From a virus, in IMG/VR virus record IMGVR_UViG_3300044733_004754: DNA of 64,000 nucleotides; one strand, given 5' to 3'. This document shows positions 18,201 to 27,006 of this stretch, piece after piece. Made by a program: the position numbers and the translations under genes. Position 1 is the stretch's first letter, and each line of letters starts with the position of its first letter. Under the pieces are notes generated by a model. The model was not told the origin of the DNA, searched no databases, and saw only the letters and a program-made list of their open reading frames with translations.

Positions 18201-20697
18201 AGTAAACGCTGTACCAGGTTCAACGAGCTTATACTTGTCTCATACACCTGGTGGTGCCCCAATATCCCTTACCAGAGGGTCAAACGAAACAGGTCACAGG
18301 CTGATACGTACCTTGGGTACTGCTGTCATTACGTTCTATGGGGATAGGACAGCTACAGGTAATGTTAATGGCTCAAATACATCCACGCTCGTTTACTCCT
18401 TCAATGCACAAACATCTGTGTCAAGTGCTGGCGACACAATAACAATACCGAGCCATCAGCTTGAAAACAATTACGTTATCTCTTACAGTGTCAGTGCAGG
18501 TAACACACAACTCGATGGGCTAATTAATACCACAAAGTACTATGTTGTTAACACAACTGCATCCACTATCCAATTATCTGCTACCAGAGGTGGATCGCCT
18601 TTAGGTATATCAGCAAGCAATAGAAGCGAAAATGGGCATTTCATAACACACACAACAGGATTCGTGGGTGTTGTTGATATATCAGTCAACGGATTCGTTG
18701 CATCAGCTCAAACCTACATTCGTGGGTCGACGAGTAACACAACAGCCTCTGTGGCGAACGTAAGTACAGGATCAGGAGCTGGTTTTAGTATCGGTCTTTT
18801 AACGGATACAGAGAGTGTCCTACTATCACCCGACTTTATTGATGGAAAAAATACAGGTAATGTGAAGTTTAGCGAAATAAAACTTAACGGTATTGGCTCT
18901 AATGTTACCGCTGGTGGATATGGAACGGCAGCTACATTTAATGGTAATACGGATATTACAGAAGGAGCAAATGGTACTGGCGTTTTGTTACCATCACGTG
19001 TTGAATTCAATGCTTTATCAGGTGTTAACAACACGACTAATATTATTACCATTAGTTCGCCAGCTAAACACATCTTTAGTAACAACGAGCAAGTAAACTA
19101 TCTTGTTACACCTGGTAACACGGCTGTTACTGGCCTGGCAAACAACACCAATTATTATATTGTCAATGCAGTTGCAGGATCAACTACGTTACAGTTGTCG
19201 CTTACTTCTGGCGGTTCGCCAATTGACATAACAGCCACTGCCAACGAAGTTGGGCATTCACTTACACGACAGGCCACAACTGGATCAAATAACAGTATAG
19301 CCTTGAGCACAGCTGTCAATTATTTGCCGAACAGTGCTGTGCATTACAGTCTAAGCGCAGCGAACACATCTATCGATGGCCTTACACCTAACACCGTGTA
19401 TTATATCGATCAATCAAATGCAACACATATAACGTTGAAGGATTCACCGACAGGACTACGTATTAATATCCTTAAAGGACCAACCGAATCGGGGCACACG
19501 TTGTTTGGTCCTCTGAGAATAATTACGGGTGCAAACTCAACATACGATAATGTTGGTTCAGGCGAAGAAATATTCCGTGGTCTTGGTTTTATCAAATTCC
19601 CTGGAACAAATCTTGATACGATTCTTCTTGACGCTCTTCGTTTTGACAGTACCACTATAGGATCTATAGCTTCGTTGGTTTCTATTAACCCAGGAGCTGA
19701 TTATAATGTTGATCCGTTTGTAACCGTTGTTGATACGTTTGTTGTTGGATACGACAGTCGTGATTATGTTATGCAAATTAACAATACAGTTGGTGCATTT
19801 GTTGTTGGTGAGCAGATACAACAGTCATATAGCAACGTAGCAACACAACTAACCGTTACAGGATTCACAGGCACAGCTGCAAACGGTGTTGGGACTTCAA
19901 CGTTTGTTATAAATGAGTTTGTATATCAAAGTAATTCAACAGCAAACGTAGCAGCATCTGGATTTGTCGTTGAAGCTGCAATAAGTGCTGGCTCTGGAAC
20001 ATTAAAAATTAAAAATGTAACGGGCACGTTTGTAAATAATGCGCCGTCCTACCCTCTGAAGGGGTTGTCGTCAGGATCAACATCTAATGTTACACTTGTG
20101 ACGCCAACAACACTTGCAACTACTGCTAGGGCACTTGTTAAATCAGCAAACTCATCGGTCCTCAAATTAAAGCGTATCAATTTAGAAAACACCTTCCTCG
20201 ATGGTAATCCGATTATAGGTCGTTCATCCGGTGCAACAGCAAACGTTGTTGGTGTTGTTGAGGATGCAAACGCTGTGCCTGTTGGTTTAAATGCATCAAT
20301 AGAGGCCAACGTTCAAACAGCGAATAATGTTGTGAAAAAACTTGCTGTTGCTGATTCGGGTTTTGGATATCTTGATCGTGAACCAGTTACTTTAACGATG
20401 TCTAACTCAGCGTTCAGCGTGACTGCTGTTGTTGAGCTTGGTAAACAAGGCGTTGGGCAGGGATATTATGGTTCTACAAGAGGATTTTTAAGTGATGATA
20501 AGAAACTGCAGGATGGTGAATTTTATCAGGAATACAGTTATGAAGTACAAACAAAGGTACCGTTTGATAGATATTTCGATGTCTTGAAAAGAGTTACACA
20601 CGTAGCTGGAACAAAAGCATTTGGTAGAGTTATTTCTCTTTCGCTGGCAAACTTAGAAATGACCGCTATAAATACTATCGAAACCTCGAACACTTAA
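15253..20697 (+). CDS. gp7: Baseplate wedge initiator gp7-like, enlarged by a YTG-repeat insert and H..F.N..V.Y...YY.V repeat domains
   Basis: N-terminus QFP.F....GP.FI.F.K.YY, Y..KGT and P..DIFK.SDG; C-terminus G.LS....LQD..FYQEYSYE...H.AG.K.FG; lies between gp6 and gp8. Confidence 0.75.
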   Translation: MRQIEELIFPLVKAQFPDFYQDEGPRFISFVKEYYRWMEAEGEALNASRNLLDYRNIDSTSSDFIKYFKNKYLSGVPLSTEANTQLVIKHALDIYKAKGTERGVQLLIQGLFNEESRVVFPGQDIFKTSDGVWIKPTYLELTVKERTQSFVGQEIVGSRSGAKAFLESIVTKRLAGKYQQVAYLSSVRGNFETGELITTTSNTSFENAPTVIGSMTSLTVIDGGANFAVGDIFEVTSTNGKQGKARVTEVSNETGRVTFIYVDAFTSGGWGYSIDHANVIVSDKVLTLTNIVNANGLITDFSQFETVTQPLANIGYSTARGNNYHFNVGNIIENYNSNGDVVANAVIAVTSKTTNAVGWIIVVPNVGNIAAQDTTFAVRSQDPDESSFNPSTIGFAENTYTSVYSKTYSNLFTGSFSQEFTSIYTSDYTGVYGTVYSSTYTQGYSSTYSRVFTSDSYLGNYSKTFTSEVYTGTYSRVFTTSGTTNFSGSYLQYFIVTTPYTGSAYTTAFTGAYTAVGFTGLYNLTYTGNYTRTFTSEFQGTLVPGFYTGTYSGSYAGSYVGYFTGTRVTPFGNIPYSTTYINYFLGSYVGGYQGVYQSAYQNPYSGATFAANVNSYNLPNYVSNFSRAYTGGFISYPVYTGLKSLPYGGVPGVTEGYVGAGYTGAYITSYSSIYSGAYGGDSFSRIFTGLYQLGSFTGNFTSTFTGNFSGSYGTAYTGTYSDTFTNDYVGSFSRTFQGNFTTSYTTSYTGLYNVFSGAYTSTYSQAFTAFTGAYTGFTGSYSLAFSGNYNAFSGQYLSFSLSFSGYSSAFSGVYNNSFTSGYGGYTGIFTRTYTSAQGTANGVIVQYFSKAYTGLYAGSDYTSAFNGYTRTFTVTLAGAFTSSYSGQFTGAYIGYTGTYLARTYTGSYGAYSGAYQDSLFTGSYGFFTGAFGSAYTGLFIGSGSTRINTLTAHEFSNNDIVRYHVMPGNTYIPELSIGAAYYIVNAVPGSTSLYLSHTPGGAPISLTRGSNETGHRLIRTLGTAVITFYGDRTATGNVNGSNTSTLVYSFNAQTSVSSAGDTITIPSHQLENNYVISYSVSAGNTQLDGLINTTKYYVVNTTASTIQLSATRGGSPLGISASNRSENGHFITHTTGFVGVVDISVNGFVASAQTYIRGSTSNTTASVANVSTGSGAGFSIGLLTDTESVLLSPDFIDGKNTGNVKFSEIKLNGIGSNVTAGGYGTAATFNGNTDITEGANGTGVLLPSRVEFNALSGVNNTTNIITISSPAKHIFSNNEQVNYLVTPGNTAVTGLANNTNYYIVNAVAGSTTLQLSLTSGGSPIDITATANEVGHSLTRQATTGSNNSIALSTAVNYLPNSAVHYSLSAANTSIDGLTPNTVYYIDQSNATHITLKDSPTGLRINILKGPTESGHTLFGPLRIITGANSTYDNVGSGEEIFRGLGFIKFPGTNLDTILLDALRFDSTTIGSIASLVSINPGADYNVDPFVTVVDTFVVGYDSRDYVMQINNTVGAFVVGEQIQQSYSNVATQLTVTGFTGTAANGVGTSTFVINEFVYQSNSTANVAASGFVVEAAISAGSGTLKIKNVTGTFVNNAPSYPLKGLSSGSTSNVTLVTPTTLATTARALVKSANSSVLKLKRINLENTFLDGNPIIGRSSGATANVVGVVEDANAVPVGLNASIEANVQTANNVVKKLAVADSGFGYLDREPVTLTMSNSAFSVTAVVELGKQGVGQGYYGSTRGFLSDDKKLQDGEFYQEYSYEVQTKVPFDRYFDVLKRVTHVAGTKAFGRVISLSLANLEMTAINTIETSNT
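16447..18070 (+). repeat. Coding tetrapeptide repeat tract ([YF]-[TS]-G-x) within gp7
   Basis: Translation shows about 540 aa of YTGx/FTGx/YSRx units. Confidence 0.85.
20667..20674 (+). promoter_or_regulatory. Late promoter TATAAATA upstream of gp8
   Basis: Exact consensus about 30 nt before the gp8 ATG. Confidence 0.75.
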
Positions 20698-20705
20698 CAG
20701 TAAAG

Positions 20706-22469
20706 ATGACAACACAACTTATTACCAATTATTTTCGTCTCCATAATGTTAATCAATTTAAGGAGTCGATAAACGAAACAGCAAACAGTGTTTATTATGT
20801 GTTTGCAGCTCGACATATACCATATGCAGGTGGAGATGGTACTGTTGCTAGCATTACCAATAGCGTCGAAGAAACGATGACCAATCCGTATGAAGAAATG
20901 GTTTTTGGTAAAAGAGTCTCAGCGAATGATGTCGCCGTAATGATAACTAGGTATGTGTGGACATCTAATACACAGTATTCTGCATACCGAAGTAATGAAG
21001 ACCTCAACGACAAACAGTTTTTTGTATATGTCGACGAAGGGTCCTCATATAGTGTGTTCAAGTGTTTGGATAATAACGGTAACGCCTACTCAACATATGC
21101 ACCTTCTATTAGTGAAACTTCGCCCGATGATGAGTATTATGCAACCAATGATGGGTATCAGTGGAAGTTCATGTATTCGATTACTCCTACACAGTTTGAC
21201 AAATTTGCAACTTCAGATTTAATACCTGTATTTGCAAACACCCAAGTTGTAGGCAATGCAGTCTCTGGCGCTATTGAAGTTATAGGTGTTACTTTCAAAG
21301 GATCCAATTACAACACAACGTTGAGTGGTATATTTGAGTCGGACGATGTTCGTATTGGTGGTGATTCAACCCTGTATTACATAGCTAATAGTGCATCATC
21401 AGCGAATAACTTCTATACAGGTAGTTATGTTTACTTAACAGCTGGAACAGGAGCTGGGCAGGGTAGGCGTATTGTCGATTATTATGTTATAGGTGGTTCA
21501 AAAACGATTGTCATTAACGAACCATTTACAGTTAACCCTGTCGGTGGTACAGAATATGAAATTACACCTGCTGTTGTTATAGAGGGTGATGGAAATTACG
21601 CGGAAGCTCGGGCTATTGTTAACACAACATCTTCTAATTCAATATCACGAATAGAAATTATCAACCGAGGTAGTGGTTATACGTGGGCTACAGCAACTGT
21701 CACTGGTAACACAGGAGGCATATCGAATAATGCATCTCTACGTGTTGACAGGGGACCTAAAGGTGGACACGGTTCAAATCCTGAATATGAACTTGTGGGT
21801 ACGGCTTTAGGGATAAGTGTTACTTTTGCAAACAATGAGGTTGGCACCATACCGACAGAGAACGATTACAGGACTTTTGGTTTGTTAAAAGATCCACTTT
21901 ATGCTAATGTTGTATGCACACTTACGTCACCAAATGGTTCTTTCACGGTCGGTGAGCTTGTAACACAAAATGTTTCGAATGCGTCTGGCTATGTTACAGA
22001 GTGGGATACTATTAGTACCTTGTCCTTGACGAATGTTAGCGGGGTTTTCGTTACTTCGCAAGTTGTAACTGGTGCTACTTCGGATGCTGAAGGCACAGTG
22101 AGTACGTATCAAATAAACGGACAAGCAAAGAATTTCAATACATTCGATCAGCGTTATCGTTATACCTTTTTACCAATTGGCGGTACCTTTCAACAAGATG
22201 AAGTTGTATATCAAACAGATATACAACTTGCAAATGCTATTTTCCACAGCAACACGTCAACAAACCTATATGTAACACACGTCAAAGGTGTGCTAAATAC
22301 AGGTAACACTTTGATAGGGATCAATTCAACAGCAACGGCAAATTTATTGTTTGCCTATGCACCTGATCTAGTTAAACATTCTGGTGAAGTAGTGTATGTA
22401 GAAAATGAGACACCAATCACGCGATCCAATTCTCAATCAGAAACCATCAAGCTAATTTTGCAGTTTTGA
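20706..22469 (+). CDS. gp8: Baseplate wedge subunit gp8 (with insertions)
   Basis: R..W...T.Y..Y, V.KCLDN, T.DGY.WKFMY, GHGSNP..EL, ENDYR.FGL.KDP and SGEV.Y.EN..PI.R...Q.E.IKLILQF motifs. Confidence 0.85.
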   Translation: MTTQLITNYFRLHNVNQFKESINETANSVYYVFAARHIPYAGGDGTVASITNSVEETMTNPYEEMVFGKRVSANDVAVMITRYVWTSNTQYSAYRSNEDLNDKQFFVYVDEGSSYSVFKCLDNNGNAYSTYAPSISETSPDDEYYATNDGYQWKFMYSITPTQFDKFATSDLIPVFANTQVVGNAVSGAIEVIGVTFKGSNYNTTLSGIFESDDVRIGGDSTLYYIANSASSANNFYTGSYVYLTAGTGAGQGRRIVDYYVIGGSKTIVINEPFTVNPVGGTEYEITPAVVIEGDGNYAEARAIVNTTSSNSISRIEIINRGSGYTWATATVTGNTGGISNNASLRVDRGPKGGHGSNPEYELVGTALGISVTFANNEVGTIPTENDYRTFGLLKDPLYANVVCTLTSPNGSFTVGELVTQNVSNASGYVTEWDTISTLSLTNVSGVFVTSQVVTGATSDAEGTVSTYQINGQAKNFNTFDQRYRYTFLPIGGTFQQDEVVYQTDIQLANAIFHSNTSTNLYVTHVKGVLNTGNTLIGINSTATANLLFAYAPDLVKHSGEVVYVENETPITRSNSQSETIKLILQF

Positions 22470-22479
22470 GAGATAACAC

Positions 22480-25400
22480 ATGCCATTAGAAAAATCCCTT
22501 AATGTAAGTCCTTATTACGATGATTTTAATGAAGAGAAGGACTTTTACAGAATATTATTCAAGCCTGGTGTTGCTGTTCAGACTCGAGAACTAAATCAAC
22601 TTCAAGCGCTTCTACAAAATCAAGTTGAACGTTTTGGTAGTCACGTATTTAAATCTGGCACAATATTAAGCGGCGTAAATTTTAACTATCTAACAGCATA
22701 CCCTTATGCAAAGATACTAGATGTGCAAACGGATGGTCAGCCTTCATTACCAGCAGGATATGTTAACTATTTTGTTAAGTCAAATTTAAATCTAACAGCA
22801 CGGGTTGTTGATTACAAAGATGGTCTAGAAGCAAGCAATCCTGATCTTAAAACAATTTATCTTAGATACACGAATAGTTCGGATCCAGACCCCGCCGCTT
22901 CAAGTATCATATACTCAGCATTTCAACCTAATGAACAGCTAACTGTTTTTGGTGAGGATTATCCATTATTCAAAATTAATGTTATTAGTGGTGGTGTTGG
23001 TTTTTCTAACTCGGATACAATTGTAGTTCAAAGTGCTCTACAACTAGCTAACGTGACGGGAACGTTCACGAACGGTGAAGTTATTACACAATCGACGACG
23101 CTTGCTAAAAGTGTTATTAAGGCAATAAACACGACGGCTATAGCAAACACAACTATTCTTAGTATCGCACCTCTCACGGCTGATTTAACCAATACTAGCG
23201 TCAATTCGGCGGCATGGACCTTCACAGCACCTTATACGGTTACAGGCAACACTTCAGGTGCAACCGCTAATGTGGTTGGCTTAATAGGTTCGGGTGCTAC
23301 AGCTCTGTTAACCACGGACACGAGTGGTATTATTCAATCTGTATCGCTGAGCGATGTTGGTGAGGACTATACCTTTCTGCCATGGGTAACTGTTAAAACA
23401 TCCAATGCCACTGCTACCGTGGCGAGTTTAGATCTTGTAGCGCAAAATTACAAAGCTAAGATTACTGTAGCAAACACAACTGTAAACGCTGTTGGTACAG
23501 GATATGCATTTGGTGTATCAGAAGGTATTATATACCAGAAAGGACACTTCCTCCGAGTAGAGAAGCAGTCTATTATTATAGACAAATATACGACAACACC
23601 AAACAATATTGTTGTTGGTTTTAAGACTACAGAAGGATATGTTGATAGTAATGAGGACGAAACGCTTCTCGATAACGCATCGGGGGCGCCTAACTATACA
23701 GCACCGGGGGCAGATAGACTGCTGTTGACACCGGTTCTGACAACCTTGACGTCGGAACAAGCTGCAGCAAATATCGACTTTTTTGCTTTAGCAGAGTGGA
23801 AATCGGGTCTACCATTTAAAGAAAACCGTACAACAGTATATACAACAATAGGTGATGAACTAGCTCGTAGGACTTACGAAACGCATGGTAATTACATCAT
23901 AGATCGTTTCAACGTCACAACAAAAGAAAAGGCAACAACAAACACGACACATTTTGATGTTGTTGTTGATCCAGGTACAGCCTATATTGAAGGGTACAGA
24001 ATAGCGACGAAATACAACAACTATATCAATGTTGCTCGCTCTTCAACAACAACGGACTTATCATCTCAATCTATAACAGTTAATTATGGCAATTACACAA
24101 TTGTAAAAGAACTTGTTGGTGTTTTTAACTTTAAGGCTGGAGCATCTGTATCTTTATATGATACAACAAAACAGCTAATAACCAATAGCACGAATACCAC
24201 GTTGACTGTTACAAATGGAACAATTACGCCAGCTGGTAATTCTATAGGAACAGCAAGACTTCGTTCCTTGGTTCTTGATACAGGCGATCCTGGAACAGCC
24301 GAAGCAACGTATAGGATGTATCTCTTTGATATTGACATGGACTCGGGATATTCATTCCGTGACGTCAAAAGCATTTATTCTAACGATGGACAAGACGGTA
24401 TTGCAGATGTAGTACGAGTTCAGGATGCTACAATCAATGCGAACGTTGCACAGCTGTATGATGTTTCACGAAATCAGTTAGTGTTTTCAATTGAAGCCGG
24501 GGCTGTTGAGTCATTAGAAAACATTTCGTACATTTATAGAACTGTTTCAGACAACGATCGGCTAGTAACAACATCAGGCACAGTACAAATAGGACCACTG
24601 AACGCGGGATTCACATTTCCATACAGCGGAACGCTATCAGCAACACAAGAAAAAGATTTTGTTGTGATACCAACAGAGCCTTTTCAAGCCGCTGCGAATA
24701 TTACAGGCACAAGCATAAGTGTGTATGCAAACGGGTTGATCGAAGGAACAGGTACTACATTCATAGCCGATCTTGCACCAGGTGATTTTATCAAGTGTGC
24801 CAATTCATCAGCTACTGCTTATTTTCAGATTAAATCAATTGCAAACAACACTCAAGCGCAGCTAACAACAGCAGCAACAGCAATGACTGCTGGTAATACA
24901 TACCTATATTTCCCTGCGCTATATCCTATATCACTATCGCGTACATCACGAAGTATTAGTATTACCGGTGGTGCTAGCACTGCTACAGTCAATTTAGGTG
25001 TTTCAGCAAACGTTGAAGCAAACGCGATTGTTGTCTATAACGTAAAGACAGCAAACGTTTCACCGGTGTCGAAAACAATTAATCGTGATGTGCTTGTTAA
25101 GATTCATACAGCAAACAATGATGGTAGTAACACAGGACCGTGGTCATTAGGATTACCTGGTGTTGTTCGTCTAAAAAATGTATACCTTGGTAATTCGACC
25201 AATGTAGGAACAACTACTAATACGACAGTATCTGATGTTACGAAATATTTCGTTGTAGATCCTGTTGAAGATGAGAACGCTTATAGATTGTCTCAACTTA
25301 AATTAAAAAATGTACCCTCTACACTGGCTGTCAATACAAATCAGCTCATACTTGCGAAAGTTGATGTACTGACACAGGCGTCTCGAGGACTTGTTGCTAT

Positions 25401-26493
25401 TGGTTCTTACGATATAAATGATACGGCCAACCTTGCTAGTTCTTCAAACACAATTAACACGTTAGAGATACCTGAACTCTTTACGACTCAAGGTAAATAT
25501 GTTGACCTACGTAATGCCTTTGATTTTCGTCCATATGGTACAACCACTGCTAATGTTACGGCAACATTAGGTTCAGCAAGTACAAACCCATCAGGCGCAT
25601 TCGCTTTAAGCAATACAGAATTGTATATTCCAGCACCTGATTCAACAATAACGTTTGATGCTACATACTACAATAAACGTAAAGACCGTGTTGTTGTAAC
25701 AAGTAACGGGTCCTTTGTTGTTTTACAGGGTACGCCTGATCTTAATAATCCGAAAGCCCCTGAGCAACCAGATCACTCGGTTACAATAGGTGTTTTAAGT
25801 GTTCCTGCATATCCCTCACTGCCTTCAATTTTAAACTCTCAGACAACAGAGTTTGCTGGTAAAGAGCTTGCTTCACAAGATACGCTTCTAACTGAAAGAC
25901 TTAGCAGCTCATTAGTGACGGTTGATACAGTAAAAAATATCAATGATGCACAGCACCGCGTTTACACGATGAAAGATATTGGTTTGCTTGATCGTCGTCT
26001 AAACACAATTGAAAGCACCGTGAGTTTATCAGCTATTGAGCAAAAGATAAAAGAGTTAACAATTCCAAGTAGCATAACAATAACAACAAACAGATTTAAG
26101 AACGCTTTCTTTGTTGACCAGTTTAGTGATTACACCAAATCTGATTCAACCCATCGCGAATTTAAAGCAAGTGTTTCGCCCGAACGTGGAATTTTGCAAC
26201 CAAAGATCAATCAACTAAATATTGAGTCTGAGTTTGATTTGACGCATTCAAATACAGCAGCTTGTGTTACGAATGGGCTCGCTATGTTACCGTACACTTC
26301 GGAAACACTGATTAATCAAAACATAAAGAATATTGTTCTTAACGGTGATGGACAAGAAGTAAGGTTTATAGGGTCAGGATCAATTTCACCTCCATCTTTC
26401 TCTGTGAAATTGCGTGGTGAACGTATCATTCAAGAAGATGCTCCACCACCACCGCCACCTCCACCAAGTAGGCCGTGGTGGAAATTCTGGTAA
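22480..26493 (+). CDS. Large virion structural protein, DUF4815/VrlC-like N-terminal part
   Basis: LNVSPYYDDF....FYRILFKPG..VQ.RELNQLQ..LQ.Q.E.FG, L.DNA.G..NY.APGADR, LARRTYE..G.Y, YTM.DIG.L..R and RFKN.FFVD.F motifs. Confidence 0.8.
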   Translation: MPLEKSLNVSPYYDDFNEEKDFYRILFKPGVAVQTRELNQLQALLQNQVERFGSHVFKSGTILSGVNFNYLTAYPYAKILDVQTDGQPSLPAGYVNYFVKSNLNLTARVVDYKDGLEASNPDLKTIYLRYTNSSDPDPAASSIIYSAFQPNEQLTVFGEDYPLFKINVISGGVGFSNSDTIVVQSALQLANVTGTFTNGEVITQSTTLAKSVIKAINTTAIANTTILSIAPLTADLTNTSVNSAAWTFTAPYTVTGNTSGATANVVGLIGSGATALLTTDTSGIIQSVSLSDVGEDYTFLPWVTVKTSNATATVASLDLVAQNYKAKITVANTTVNAVGTGYAFGVSEGIIYQKGHFLRVEKQSIIIDKYTTTPNNIVVGFKTTEGYVDSNEDETLLDNASGAPNYTAPGADRLLLTPVLTTLTSEQAAANIDFFALAEWKSGLPFKENRTTVYTTIGDELARRTYETHGNYIIDRFNVTTKEKATTNTTHFDVVVDPGTAYIEGYRIATKYNNYINVARSSTTTDLSSQSITVNYGNYTIVKELVGVFNFKAGASVSLYDTTKQLITNSTNTTLTVTNGTITPAGNSIGTARLRSLVLDTGDPGTAEATYRMYLFDIDMDSGYSFRDVKSIYSNDGQDGIADVVRVQDATINANVAQLYDVSRNQLVFSIEAGAVESLENISYIYRTVSDNDRLVTTSGTVQIGPLNAGFTFPYSGTLSATQEKDFVVIPTEPFQAAANITGTSISVYANGLIEGTGTTFIADLAPGDFIKCANSSATAYFQIKSIANNTQAQLTTAATAMTAGNTYLYFPALYPISLSRTSRSISITGGASTATVNLGVSANVEANAIVVYNVKTANVSPVSKTINRDVLVKIHTANNDGSNTGPWSLGLPGVVRLKNVYLGNSTNVGTTTNTTVSDVTKYFVVDPVEDENAYRLSQLKLKNVPSTLAVNTNQLILAKVDVLTQASRGLVAIGSYDINDTANLASSSNTINTLEIPELFTTQGKYVDLRNAFDFRPYGTTTANVTATLGSASTNPSGAFALSNTELYIPAPDSTITFDATYYNKRKDRVVVTSNGSFVVLQGTPDLNNPKAPEQPDHSVTIGVLSVPAYPSLPSILNSQTTEFAGKELASQDTLLTERLSSSLVTVDTVKNINDAQHRVYTMKDIGLLDRRLNTIESTVSLSAIEQKIKELTIPSSITITTNRFKNAFFVDQFSDYTKSDSTHREFKASVSPERGILQPKINQLNIESEFDLTHSNTAACVTNGLAMLPYTSETLINQNIKNIVLNGDGQEVRFIGSGSISPPSFSVKLRGERIIQEDAPPPPPPPPSRPWWKFW

Positions 26494-26506
26494 GGATAAG
26501 TGTTAA

Positions 26507-26986
26507 ATGGCAATACAAACAAATTTATTTTTTACGACCCGCGACCAGGTTTTTACGGTAACAGTCTATGGGCTGAGACCTTTAACAAGACATTATTGTT
26601 TTTTTGAACGTAAACTTGTTCCGACAACTCAAATAAAACCTTTAAATGGAAATTTAGGCGAGTCAATTATTACCGATGAAAACGGATCTGTAACATTTGA
26701 CTTCTATTATCAAAGTGGAGCTTCTCTCGCTGCGACAACTGTTGCGGAAGCTCAACGGTTTGCTGCATCTATTGCAGGTACAAAGGAAATTATTGTTAGC
26801 AACATCGGTTCGTCTACGTTAGATGCAGGATACGAAAATACATCGGATTCTTTCTTTACAACACAAATCCAAATTTCTGTTTTTATTCCGTCAGATAATG
26901 AGTTTGAGACTATAAACAAACCCTATGTACCGCCGCCGCCTCCTCCTATTACAGACGCGGGATACGATCAACCTCAAGGATGGTAA
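26507..26986 (+). CDS. Virion structural protein, middle segment of split VrlC-like protein
   Basis: F...V.GL.P.TR.Y.FF and ITDENG...F.F motifs, which normally lie inside the single large protein; poly-Pro C-terminus. Confidence 0.55.
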   Translation: MAIQTNLFFTTRDQVFTVTVYGLRPLTRHYCFFERKLVPTTQIKPLNGNLGESIITDENGSVTFDFYYQSGASLAATTVAEAQRFAASIAGTKEIIVSNIGSSTLDAGYENTSDSFFTTQIQISVFIPSDNEFETINKPYVPPPPPPITDAGYDQPQGW

Positions 26987-27006
26987 TTAATAATAAAAGG
27001 TAATAA

